Assembly: GCA_964499865.1 (NCBI GenBank) | Contig: CAZCPY010000001.1 | Coordinates: forward strand, 102,238 to 166,237 | Direction: 5' to 3' | DNA: 64,000 bases | Origin: an uncultured Rhodobacterales bacterium | Lineage (GTDB): Bacteria > Pseudomonadota > Alphaproteobacteria > Rhodobacterales > Rhodobacteraceae | In this document: in pieces, positions 9,406 through 16,388 of the stretch | Numbering within the stretch: position 1 is the first letter of the stretch | Layout: each line of letters starts with the position of its first letter | The notes under the pieces: model-generated | Database searches by the model: none | Told to the model about the DNA's origin: nothing | What the model saw: the letters and a program-made list of their open reading frames with translations, nothing else | Position numbers and translations under genes: made by a program

Positions 9406-10179
9406 TTATTGGGGAAGTCCGATAAGTTCGGAGACTATGGGATCGATCAGTCGTTGAACCAGTTCCGCGTACGCCCTAATTTCGTACTGCGCGTCCGGCT
9501 TAAGTCGTTGATGAAGGAAATGAAGCGCGCCTTGCAACGATACGGTCCAGTAAGCTTCGCTGTAGAGATTCTGCGGCAGCATGATGCGCGCGATCTCTTT
9601 TGCGATGCCAGCTTTAAGTCGGTCGTGGTACGCCGTCACCGCGTTTCGACACTCGATAAGCATACTTGCCCGCGCAGCCTCATGGTCAAAATCTTCTGGA
9701 AGCGCTGACGACGCCTGCTTATTTCCGTGCCCGCTATTCGTGCGCATTTTGTTCGGAACATAGAATTCAGGTTCCTTGAATTCGACGTAGCGACCAGATA
9801 TTTCATTCCAACTGCAGCCTTTGTCGGTGTCATACATGTGTTCAACGACGTCGACGTGCACAGGTACAGTTTGATCTGCTATCTCGAGCGTCATCCAAGT
9901 CGAGCCTACTTGGTACTTCATCCACTGCCTGAAAACAAACAGGGGCGCCTTAATGTGGAAGGTCACATACGAGTGTCTGAACGGAGAGGTGTGCCCAGCG
10001 TCCCACAAGAACGAAAGAAGCTTTTTGTCTTTTTCGTCCAGTTCCTCTTTGCGTTTGTTATATGAGATACGCGCTGCGTTGACGGTTTTCAACAGGGCGT
10101 TCTCTTGCATAGAATCAATCAAAGCGACGAAGCCTATGCCGTCTTCAGTCGTTAGTCTTTTCAGTTCGTTAGTCCCCAT
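9406..10179 (-). CDS. ThyX-like (flavin-dependent thymidylate synthase family) protein, divergent
   Basis: GHTSPFRHSYVTFHIKAPLFVFRQW, SWNEISGRY and DAQYEIR match blocks of ThyX as I remember it. The RHR signature position reads KYQ and is followed by an insertion of about 30 aa. Confidence 0.7.
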   Translation of the reverse strand: MGTNELKRLTTEDGIGFVALIDSMQENALLKTVNAARISYNKRKEELDEKDKKLLSFLWDAGHTSPFRHSYVTFHIKAPLFVFRQWMKYQVGSTWMTLEIADQTVPVHVDVVEHMYDTDKGCSWNEISGRYVEFKEPEFYVPNKMRTNSGHGNKQASSALPEDFDHEAARASMLIECRNAVTAYHDRLKAGIAKEIARIMLPQNLYSEAYWTVSLQGALHFLHQRLKPDAQYEIRAYAELVQRLIDPIVSELIGLPQ

Positions 10180-10544
10180 ATTCTTATAAAATTTGGTTCC
10201 GTTTTTCCGATGTCGCGACAGAGTTGCTTGTAACGAGCCGCGTCGTGTACGAGCGCTTCGTTGTAATAGTTAAATAGTGCAGCCATTAGTCCTGAATAGG
10301 CATCTTTCGAGAAGGGACCAGGGTAGTTCTTAATACATTCGTAGAGTTCCTTTCTATTGGAAGCGCCCGTAACGTATTGCAGGAAATCGAAGTCCTCTTT
10401 TTTGAGTAGACCCACTTTCTCGTCGCTCGTCCCTACAGTTCTATACGCCGATAAGGCCTTTATCAGCCCGCGCGATTTATCCACTCCGGCCACTATCGCT
10501 CGGCACAGAATCACGACCTTCTGGTAGTACCAGTGTTGTTTCAT
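10161..10544 (-). CDS. hypothetical protein
   Basis: 127-aa ORF with ATG start. It overlaps the 3' end of the upstream gene by 68 nt, so the true start is uncertain. Confidence 0.5.
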   Translation of the reverse strand: MKQHWYYQKVVILCRAIVAGVDKSRGLIKALSAYRTVGTSDEKVGLLKKEDFDFLQYVTGASNRKELYECIKNYPGPFSKDAYSGLMAALFNYYNEALVHDAARYKQLCRDIGKTEPNFIRIWGLTN

Positions 10545-10974
10545 AGCCCAGTCCGAATTCTTTAAGCAGCCTACTCTTCACGAGTAGATTAGGAATCTGA
10601 GTGTTAGAATTTCTGAGTATAGACCAGCCAAGTTCTTGCAGCACGTGTGTTACTGCACCGCTGCGACAGAGTCCTTGGCTGCAGTGTGTGTACATGTTGC
10701 TATCGAAGTTGGTACGAATCACTTCTGCCATTTTTTCGGCATCCAGTTTAGTGAAACTACCGTCTAGAGCCTCATCATTAAGGTCGAAGAACCTGAATCG
10801 ATAGATGTTCTTAAACACACTGCGCGCCACTTCGGACGGGATGACTTCAGGACTGTCCGGGTCGCAGATAGAGATTAAGATCCCTTTCGGAATATCCATA
10901 AGGGCACGAGTCTGCCCTTGTTTCTGATCCTCGACCACTCCCCTCGGGAAGTTTGCAGTCCATTTGGGGTTCAT
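10477..10974 (-). CDS. Cys-based (PTP/dual-specificity-like) phosphatase
   Basis: Signature HCSQGLCRSG fits HCxxGxxRS (C-X5-R) in the C-terminal half of a 165-aa protein. Confidence 0.7.
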   Translation of the reverse strand: MNPKWTANFPRGVVEDQKQGQTRALMDIPKGILISICDPDSPEVIPSEVARSVFKNIYRFRFFDLNDEALDGSFTKLDAEKMAEVIRTNFDSNMYTHCSQGLCRSGAVTHVLQELGWSILRNSNTQIPNLLVKSRLLKEFGLGYETTLVLPEGRDSVPSDSGRSG

Positions 10975-11024
10975 GTTTTGACCAATTTGTTACGCAGTGA
11001 GCTGATCCGCTACTCGTCGCCTTG

Positions 11025-12212
11025 TTATCGGGATTTAAACGCGGTTTCATTTTCAAAAGGAGGAAGTGTTGTTTTATTTCTCCTATCGAATTCTGCCACA
11101 GAACGACGCATTTTTGCTATGGTGGGTACACGTTCATCAGTAAGCCATACAAGATGTTCGCTATGCATGCCGTGATCTTTATGCATAAAGAACATCCGTT
11201 GACACGGATAACCAGCCGCCGCCAGTTGCGCCTGCGCGTACGTGTTACCTGATTCTGTTGTACCGTTGATGAACCACTGGTGATAGTTTTGCACGCCTGA
11301 CGCACTCTGATGGAAGTGGCCAATGTGCATGTAATCGAACGGCTCTGGGATAGAGTCTATGTAGCCGTGTAGCTTCCTAGATACGCCATAGAACGGGATA
11401 CCTGCGAAACCGCCCCGAATCGTGTCACCGTGCAGTAAGAAGTTACCCCACTCCCAGACGTAATCTATAGCGTAGAAGTTTTCCGAGATACGGAAGTTCA
11501 GCCTGGCGCGCTCCTGCGGAGTTAGCGAAGACTCTAACATCAGCTTAGTTACGTGGTACGATACGTTATCCCAGTTCGTCTCCGGGCTCGCGCCGCTGTA
11601 CTTAGACCCGCTTCTTCCGTGGTTACCTGGTACAGTTACTACCGTTACTTTAGGTACGATGGCCAACATTTTGGCGATCAGCGTAGACATGATCTTCGGA
11701 GCCGCTTCAACAGCCTGTTTGAAGAGACTCATTTCAATTTCGTGCGGTTGATGCGGAAAGATAGTTTCCCCCTCAACCATATCGCCGATAATATAGATTC
11801 TCAGATCGTTGATAACGAACCCGGCACGCTGCACCTTAATTAACTGTGTCGCCTTGTCGGCGAACAGTTCCGTTATCCGCTTATGTGCTACAGCAGCGTT
11901 ATACGTAGCTGTGGCTTTACCGATTTGCGCGTCTGACAAGACGAGTACGGCCACTAGCTCGTCTAGTTTGCGTTTGTCCGTCGTTGGGGCGGCCGATATT
12001 TTCATCGGCGCGTGCCCGTCCCACACTTCTCGCACTCGGTCTAGAATTAACTCCGTAGATACCTGCTGGCCTATCAGCGCCTTTGATAGTCTGGAGTTTT
12101 CTTTTTCCAGGAACGCCATTCGAGCCACGAGATTTCCGGTAGGGGGAAGATCTACGTCGGCGAAGTTGGTTTGAATGAATTTCTCTGCTTGCGTTTGTTT
12201 CTTTTTCGTCAT
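11025..12212 (-). CDS. metallophosphoesterase, SbcD/Mre11-like nuclease candidate
   Basis: Ordered motifs IIGDMVEGE, VPGNHG, LLHGD and IGHFH. 395 aa, ATG start. Confidence 0.7.
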   Translation of the reverse strand: MTKKKQTQAEKFIQTNFADVDLPPTGNLVARMAFLEKENSRLSKALIGQQVSTELILDRVREVWDGHAPMKISAAPTTDKRKLDELVAVLVLSDAQIGKATATYNAAVAHKRITELFADKATQLIKVQRAGFVINDLRIYIIGDMVEGETIFPHQPHEIEMSLFKQAVEAAPKIMSTLIAKMLAIVPKVTVVTVPGNHGRSGSKYSGASPETNWDNVSYHVTKLMLESSLTPQERARLNFRISENFYAIDYVWEWGNFLLHGDTIRGGFAGIPFYGVSRKLHGYIDSIPEPFDYMHIGHFHQSASGVQNYHQWFINGTTESGNTYAQAQLAAAGYPCQRMFFMHKDHGMHSEHLVWLTDERVPTIAKMRRSVAEFDRRNKTTLPPFENETAFKSR

Positions 12213-12474
12213 GATTTAAACAGACATTTATATGTCTAGACAGCGAGCCTATTGGCGCGGTAAAACCGAGCTGGCTCCGTAATCTGCGGTAGAGGTCTGG
12301 AATAGATATCTCGGTTCCTTGAGTATCAAAATGCCGCGCCTCTAACCGACGCTTGGCGTATTCTCGTATCACTTCCTGTATATCTTGTGTTTGATTACAA
12401 GTTTGGCAGGTAGAAATCTGAGTCACCTTAAGCGATTTATGCGTATTAGTCATCTGCGGTCTTGTTAATAACAT
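11917..12474 (-). CDS. hypothetical small protein; only the 5' 262 nt (12213-12474) look protein-like
   Basis: The ORF runs 296 nt into the next gene in another frame, and that overlapped part is Arg-rich and junk-like. The N-terminal part (…IPDLYRRLRSQLGFTAPIGSLSRHI) looks like a helix-turn-helix. Confidence 0.35.
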   Translation of the reverse strand: MLLTRPQMTNTHKSLKVTQISTCQTCNQTQDIQEVIREYAKRRLEARHFDTQGTEISIPDLYRRLRSQLGFTAPIGSLSRHINVCLNHDEKETNASREIHSNQLRRRRSSPYRKSRGSNGVPGKRKLQTIKGADRPAGIYGVNSRPSARSVGRARADENIGRPNDGQTQTRRASGRTRLVRRANR

Positions 12475-12516
12475 ACACTAACTACGGAGCTAACGCTCCT
12501 ACCGAAAGGATTCAGT

Positions 12517-12717
12517 ATGTCAGAATCTTGGATTAACTACATCGATATGATGAAAGACACGAAAGCCGTAACCACTACGGTCGGCTTTATTGGAGAAATT
12601 CCTTATATATTCGTGCGCGCGGGCGCAGGTAATAAGGAAATTCAAGATGTGCACTTGTTCCAAGAGTGGGGTAATCCTTCGGACTATGAGCACGAGAGAC
12701 TATCTACAGATACTTGA
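12517..12717 (+). CDS. hypothetical protein (lone + strand ORF)
   Basis: 66-aa ORF with ATG preceded by AAAGGA. It is the only + ORF that fits the 12475-12703 gap. Confidence 0.4.
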   Translation: MSESWINYIDMMKDTKAVTTTVGFIGEIPYIFVRAGAGNKEIQDVHLFQEWGNPSDYEHERLSTDT

Positions 12718-13141
12718 GGGTTGATGGGTCGTGGAAGTTGTCAAACACCATATATGCGGCGTAGCATTTAGCTACCGCTATCCCCCACAATTTGTCGTGG
12801 CGTTGTAACGCTTCGATTCGTTCTCGCGCTCTTTTACTCTTCCTAGATAACCTATCCTGCTCTAGAAATACCAAAGCGTGCGCCCACTCATGCAGTAGGC
12901 ACTCCTTAAGCATTTCCGGATCTTGATCGTAGCATATCTCGATTAGAAAACATCTCCCTGGTAACCCATAACTTCGTTTGGGTATCCAGCTACACCGCGC
13001 AAGGGCGTCTTTCGGCATCCTCTGTGGCGGTAAAAGACGGACGTATGTTTTTCTCGGTGGCGGGACATGCTCTTGAAGGAACTTTTGTAGGTCCTTAACG
13101 GTTTTGTAATGACCGTCTCGAACATGTCGCCGAAGACTCAT
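12704..13141 (-). CDS. SprT-like / HExxH zinc metallopeptidase-like protein
   Basis: LLHEWAHAL (HExxH) sits in a 145-aa protein. ATGA-type overlap with the upstream gene. Confidence 0.6.
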   Translation of the reverse strand: MSLRRHVRDGHYKTVKDLQKFLQEHVPPPRKTYVRLLPPQRMPKDALARCSWIPKRSYGLPGRCFLIEICYDQDPEMLKECLLHEWAHALVFLEQDRLSRKSKRARERIEALQRHDKLWGIAVAKCYAAYMVFDNFHDPSTLKYL

Positions 13142-13566
13142 TTGAAGTGTTCGGTAACGGCGATTAAGATTTGTTGGAGTGAACTGTTTTCCGGCCGGCC
13201 CGCTAGGAAATCTAGCAGCTCGGTGCGACTGATCAATCGATCGTCGCTCTCAGAAACAGTAGCAAGGATTTGATCTTCTAGAACGAACGCCATTTCGTTC
13301 TTAGATTCTCTTTCGATGCGTTGCGGCAGCGGATGCCCAGGAGAGTTAGGTCCAACTAGGACTACTTGCCCAGGTTTGAGCGTGGGCTGTATGAGGTTTC
13401 CTTCGTAATCGTACCGGCCAGGCCCTACAGACACAACACGCGCCATGTACGCGTCATTATCTTCCCTCGCACTAGGTAACAAGATACCTCTAGCGGTCTT
13501 GTCCTGTTTAGGGAATTTCTCAATCAGAATGCGGTCAGAAGCCGCTTGAATCTTTATGCTAGTCAT
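13138..13566 (-). CDS. GroES-like co-chaperonin with C-terminal extension
   Basis: DRILIEKF…TARGILLPSA…ARVVSVGPGR…LKPGQVVLV…DQILATV aligns by eye with E. coli GroES. About 40 extra C-terminal residues. Confidence 0.75.
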   Translation of the reverse strand: MTSIKIQAASDRILIEKFPKQDKTARGILLPSAREDNDAYMARVVSVGPGRYDYEGNLIQPTLKPGQVVLVGPNSPGHPLPQRIERESKNEMAFVLEDQILATVSESDDRLISRTELLDFLAGRPENSSLQQILIAVTEHFK

Positions 13567-14029
13567 AAGCTATTTTCCTTTCTTTATGGGACACCACATC
13601 ACTCACGACAACCCCGTAGTTCAAGGTCTGGCGAGGATATTTTTCTTCGTCTTATCTAAGGCGGAAACAGGAAAAATACTCGAATGGGTCGGAAAGAATG
13701 TGATGATCAGTTGCGGCCCACAGTCGTATTGGTGGTGGCGCCCCGGCCAGGCTCGTGTAGAGATTTTAGCTATCTCCAGATCTTTGCCTGATGGAAGTCT
13801 AAACGACTTCGGTGGGCTGCCGCCAGACATCTCTAGTGGTAGGAGTGACTTATACCACAGCGCCCGCCAGTTGTCAATAGACTGGAACATAGCAGCCAAG
13901 GCTATAGGCCTAGATTATTTCGATCTGTACTCCTCAGCGACACACGAGGAGGTCGTCGAGGCCATTCGCCTGGCCGCTATGTCTCATAATCAGGACTTAA
14001 TTAAGTCCGTCAGGTCAGCCGCCTTGTAG
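13556..14029 (+). CDS. uncertain + strand ORF; likelier start near 13707
   Basis: The only long ORF filling the 13567-13989 gap. The C-terminal part looks protein-like, and a + oriented GTCATAAGC motif lies at 13562. A competing minus ORF exists at 13621..13899. Confidence 0.3.
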   Translation: MLVISYFPFFMGHHITHDNPVVQGLARIFFFVLSKAETGKILEWVGKNVMISCGPQSYWWWRPGQARVEILAISRSLPDGSLNDFGGLPPDISSGRSDLYHSARQLSIDWNIAAKAIGLDYFDLYSSATHEEVVEAIRLAAMSHNQDLIKSVRSAAL

Positions 14030-14502
14030 TCTGGCCCTTTGATAGTCTTGCCAGCCGCATTCTTGACCGGTTTTCCGTCAACGAGCTTACTAAACTGCGA
14101 GTCCATGACTCGTTGGAAGGCTGTTTCAGCATCCCATCCGTGAAGGGCGGCGGCTCCTTTCACGGTAACCTCCACATCCGCTATCTCTCTGAGCGTGTTT
14201 ACTGCGTCGCCGCTAAGGTAGCTGATCAGGAACTCTGTGAACTCCTCGAGCGCCAGGCTCGCCTGTAGCTGCATCGCGTCAGGCACGTCCCACTCCGGTT
14301 GTTGCAACAGTTCACACACAGTAGTTTTTACTTGCCCAAGTATGACGTTAACTACTTCATGTAACATTACAGCTTTACCGGTTCTCGGTGCATCTACTTG
14401 TCCAATCATCGGTGTGAAAAGAAACGGGCCCGCAAACGGCTCTGTTCCAACAGGTTGCTGGAATGCTCGTTTCATGTCTTCTATTCTTTGTTGATTATTC
14501 AT
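13990..14502 (-). CDS. MazG-like nucleotide pyrophosphohydrolase
   Basis: LALEEFTEFL…REIADVEV (EExxE…D metal motif) and the C-terminal SKL…GKTIKGPDYKAADL pattern are typical of phage MazG/HisE-like proteins. Confidence 0.6.
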   Translation of the reverse strand: MNNQQRIEDMKRAFQQPVGTEPFAGPFLFTPMIGQVDAPRTGKAVMLHEVVNVILGQVKTTVCELLQQPEWDVPDAMQLQASLALEEFTEFLISYLSGDAVNTLREIADVEVTVKGAAALHGWDAETAFQRVMDSQFSKLVDGKPVKNAAGKTIKGPDYKAADLTDLIKS

Positions 14503-14642
14503 TTTGTGTGTGTGTGGTTTGTATGCCTCAATACGGCCTCATCTCGTCGCGTATTTGATCATCCATTAGGGGTGTTGGTATGTGCTTTCAGTATTTGCGT
14601 AAAATTATCGACATCAATATGAGGTAAATACCTCATCATTGT

Positions 14643-14652
14643 TCTTATGCCG
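14643..14652 (-). promoter_or_regulatory. promoter-like motif variant (CGGCATAAGA)
   Basis: Minus strand reads TACGGCATAAGAACAATG, between the end of array 1 and the MazG-like gene. Confidence 0.3.
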
Positions 14653-14713
14653 TAATTAGGTGTGGTTTTTGTAGTAAAGTACCCAGCCTTGTTAATACAG
14701 GACTGGATACTTT

Positions 14714-14896
14714 TCAATGTTGCTCTGAGAGACCGTTCCCAAGACTACACCCTCCTCCGAATCCATATGTCATCCTGTGCCAGGTTCCAGTCCCGTGACC
14801 ATTTCCACGCCAATTTCTATGTCCACTCCCGTAGCCATTCCCGTCCACGGCTCCGTACGCAGGCCGGGTTCCATATCCATAATCGTTAGTCTTCAA
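14714..14896 (-). CDS. Gly/Tyr-rich small protein, array 1 member 10 (60 aa)
   Basis: TTG start overlaps the upstream TGA (TTGA), with AGAGGAA 7 nt upstream. Product is MKTNDYGYGT…GGGCSLGNGLSEQH. Confidence 0.6.
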   Translation of the reverse strand: MKTNDYGYGTRPAYGAVDGNGYGSGHRNWRGNGHGTGTWHRMTYGFGGGCSLGNGLSEQH

Positions 14897-15093
14897 TGTT
14901 TTATTCCTCTGCCAATTCCGTTTCCTTTGTAACCGCCATACCCGTCCCCGCACCAATCTTCGCCCATAGAACGTATACGCCCCCCACATCCATCCCCGAA
15001 CCCACGCTCATACCAACCACCAAACCAATGCCCGTTCCCGTACCCGTCTCCAACTCCATACTCGTCGCCAGTTCCGAAATTATTAATCTTCAA
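14893..15093 (-). CDS. Gly/Tyr-rich small protein, array 1 member 9 (66 aa)
   Basis: TTGA overlap with GGAGGAG upstream. Product is MKINNFGTGDEYGVGDGYGNGHWFGGWY…YKGNGIGRGIKH, 23 of 66 residues Gly by my count. Confidence 0.65.
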   Translation of the reverse strand: MKINNFGTGDEYGVGDGYGNGHWFGGWYERGFGDGCGGRIRSMGEDWCGDGYGGYKGNGIGRGIKH

Positions 15094-15206
15094 TGTCTTA
15101 CTCCTCCTTTTCCTCTTCCAGTCCAGTAGTGAGGTCCGCACCCATATCCGTACCCGTAACCATCTCCAAACCCATACCCAAACAAACTCCAATGTCCATT
15201 CCCGTA
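15032..15206. repeat. 175-nt segment identical to 38491-38665
   Basis: Base-by-base comparison of the two stretches shows no mismatch. It spans the 3' half of member 8, the junction and the 5' part of member 9. Confidence 0.9.
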
Positions 15207-15287
15207 CCCGCGCCCACCCCCGTACACAACCATATATCTATTTCCGTTTGTAAACCAGCCACCACTTCCGGTGTCACGAATATTCAA
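15090..15287 (-). CDS. Gly/Tyr-rich small protein, array 1 member 8 (65 aa)
   Basis: TTGA overlap. Product is MNIRDTGSGGWF…GNGHWSLFGYGFGDGYGYGYGCGPHYWTGRGKGGVRH. The 3' half is identical to the array 3 copy. Confidence 0.65.
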   Translation of the reverse strand: MNIRDTGSGGWFTNGNRYMVVYGGGRGYGNGHWSLFGYGFGDGYGYGYGCGPHYWTGRGKGGVRH

Positions 15288-15487
15288 TGTTTCACTCCTT
15301 TTCCATTTCCCTTGTAATTCTCGTTTCCGCGCCCGTATCCGCCTCCACACCCAGACCAACCCCCATACCCACACCCATTTCCGTTCATATACCCGTGTCC
15401 GTCCCCCCGCGTTGATCCATATACGTGCCCGTTCCAGCACCCAGTCTTAAGCCACTCTGCACTTTCTTCCTTATTATTAATAATCAA
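15284..15487 (-). CDS. Gly/Tyr-rich small protein, array 1 member 7 (67 aa)
   Basis: TTGA overlap with AAAGGAG upstream. Product is MIINNKEESAEWLKTGCWNGHVYG…YKGNGKGVKH. Confidence 0.6.
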   Translation of the reverse strand: MIINNKEESAEWLKTGCWNGHVYGSTRGDGHGYMNGNGCGYGGWSGCGGGYGRGNENYKGNGKGVKH

Positions 15488-15654
15488 TGTTTCTCTCCTT
15501 TTCCGTTTCCAGTCCAGGTGCAAGGCCAACGCCCATACCCTGCTCCATTCCCATCCCGTCTATCGATCCCGCACCCACGCCCGTACACACGCCCGTATCC
15601 ACGCCCAGTTCCTATTATAAGTCCGGTTCCATATCCATAATCGTTAGTCTTCAA
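15484..15654 (-). CDS. Gly/Tyr-rich small protein, array 1 member 6 (56 aa)
   Basis: TTGA overlap. Product is MKTNDYGYGTGLIIGTGRGYG…TWTGNGKGEKH. Confidence 0.6.
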   Translation of the reverse strand: MKTNDYGYGTGLIIGTGRGYGRVYGRGCGIDRRDGNGAGYGRWPCTWTGNGKGEKH

Positions 15655-15833
15655 TGTTTTATTCCTCTGCCAATTCCGTAGTAACCTTCGGGACCGTTTC
15701 CAGATCCGTTTCCATTTCCGCACCCATACTTGTCTCCATCCCCGCGCTCGTACAAACCACCAAACCAATCCCCATTCCCGAACCCACGTCCATATCCACA
15801 CCAGTTTCCACTTCCGTTGTTATTGATCTTCAA
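15651..15833 (-). CDS. Gly/Tyr-rich small protein, array 1 member 5 (60 aa)
   Basis: TTGA overlap. Product is MKINNNGSGNWCGYGRGFGNGDWFGG…YYGIGRGIKH. Confidence 0.6.
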   Translation of the reverse strand: MKINNNGSGNWCGYGRGFGNGDWFGGLYERGDGDKYGCGNGNGSGNGPEGYYGIGRGIKH

Positions 15834-16000
15834 TGTTTTCTTCCTCTGCCTCTTCCGTAGAAAGTTCCGGTGCCGGCCCCGTATCCAATCCCGTGCCCGT
15901 ATCCAAACAAACTCCAATGTCCAGAACCGCATCCGTCTCCAATCTTGACCCATTCCCAGTCCGTAAATCTGGCGCCACTTCCATTGTCATTAATCTTCAA
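15830..16000 (-). CDS. Gly/Tyr-rich small protein, array 1 member 4 (56 aa)
   Basis: TTGA overlap. Product is MKINDNGSGARFTDWEW…GTGTFYGRGRGRKH, with the same C-terminal tail as array 2 member C. Confidence 0.6.
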   Translation of the reverse strand: MKINDNGSGARFTDWEWVKIGDGCGSGHWSLFGYGHGIGYGAGTGTFYGRGRGRKH

Positions 16001-16191
16001 TGTTTTCTTCCTTTTCCATTTCCATTCCAGTTGTATTGCCCGTGCCCAAAACCACCCCCGTGCCCATTCCAGAATCCATATCCTTTCCCGCCACAGCCAC
16101 CAGACCCGTATCCTCTCCCGGATAAATTTCCGACCCCATGCCAGAGTCCACATGCACTCCGGTTTCCAGTTCCGTAGTCATGAATATTCAA
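15997..16191 (-). CDS. Gly/Tyr-rich small protein, array 1 member 3 (64 aa)
   Basis: TTGA overlap. Product is MNIHDYGTGNRSACGLWHG…QYNWNGNGKGRKH. Confidence 0.6.
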   Translation of the reverse strand: MNIHDYGTGNRSACGLWHGVGNLSGRGYGSGGCGGKGYGFWNGHGGGFGHGQYNWNGNGKGRKH

Positions 16192-16388
16192 TGTTTTCTT
16201 CCTCTACCGTTTCCGATTTCGCTATGATTTATATACCCATGCCTACGCCCATTTCCATATACGTATTTATCTCCAAAGTGGTGTCCATATCCAGTTCCAT
16301 TCCCATACTTATACCATTTCCCATTTCCAAACCCATTTCCGTAGCCATTCTTAGCACCGTCGCCACTTCCGTATTTGTTAATTTTCAT
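16188..16388 (-). CDS. Gly/Tyr-rich small protein, array 1 member 2 (66 aa)
   Basis: ATG start in an ATGA overlap with member 1, preceded by AAGGGAAGGAAACA. Product is MKINKYGSGDGAKNGYGNGFGNGKWY…IGNGRGRKH. Confidence 0.65.
   Translation of the reverse strand: MKINKYGSGDGAKNGYGNGFGNGKWYKYGNGTGYGHHFGDKYVYGNGRRHGYINHSEIGNGRGRKH

Noticed and set aside
9247-9708. 153-aa + strand ORF overlapping the 3' part of the ThyX-like gene and the intergenic region.
   Set aside because: It is antisense to conserved ThyX blocks, and its 5' part lies over the promoter-like motif and the micro-ORF region of the minus strand.
14559-14717. 52-codon ORF continuing from the last array 1 junction (TTG; MKSIQSCINKAGYFTTKTTPNYGIRTMMRYLPHIDVDNFTQILKAHTNTPNG).
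   Set aside because: It is not Gly-rich, has no family ends, and contains a promoter-like CGGCATAAGA motif (14643-14652) in its middle. It is more likely a decayed junction followed by an intergenic or promoter region. It could still be a short real peptide.
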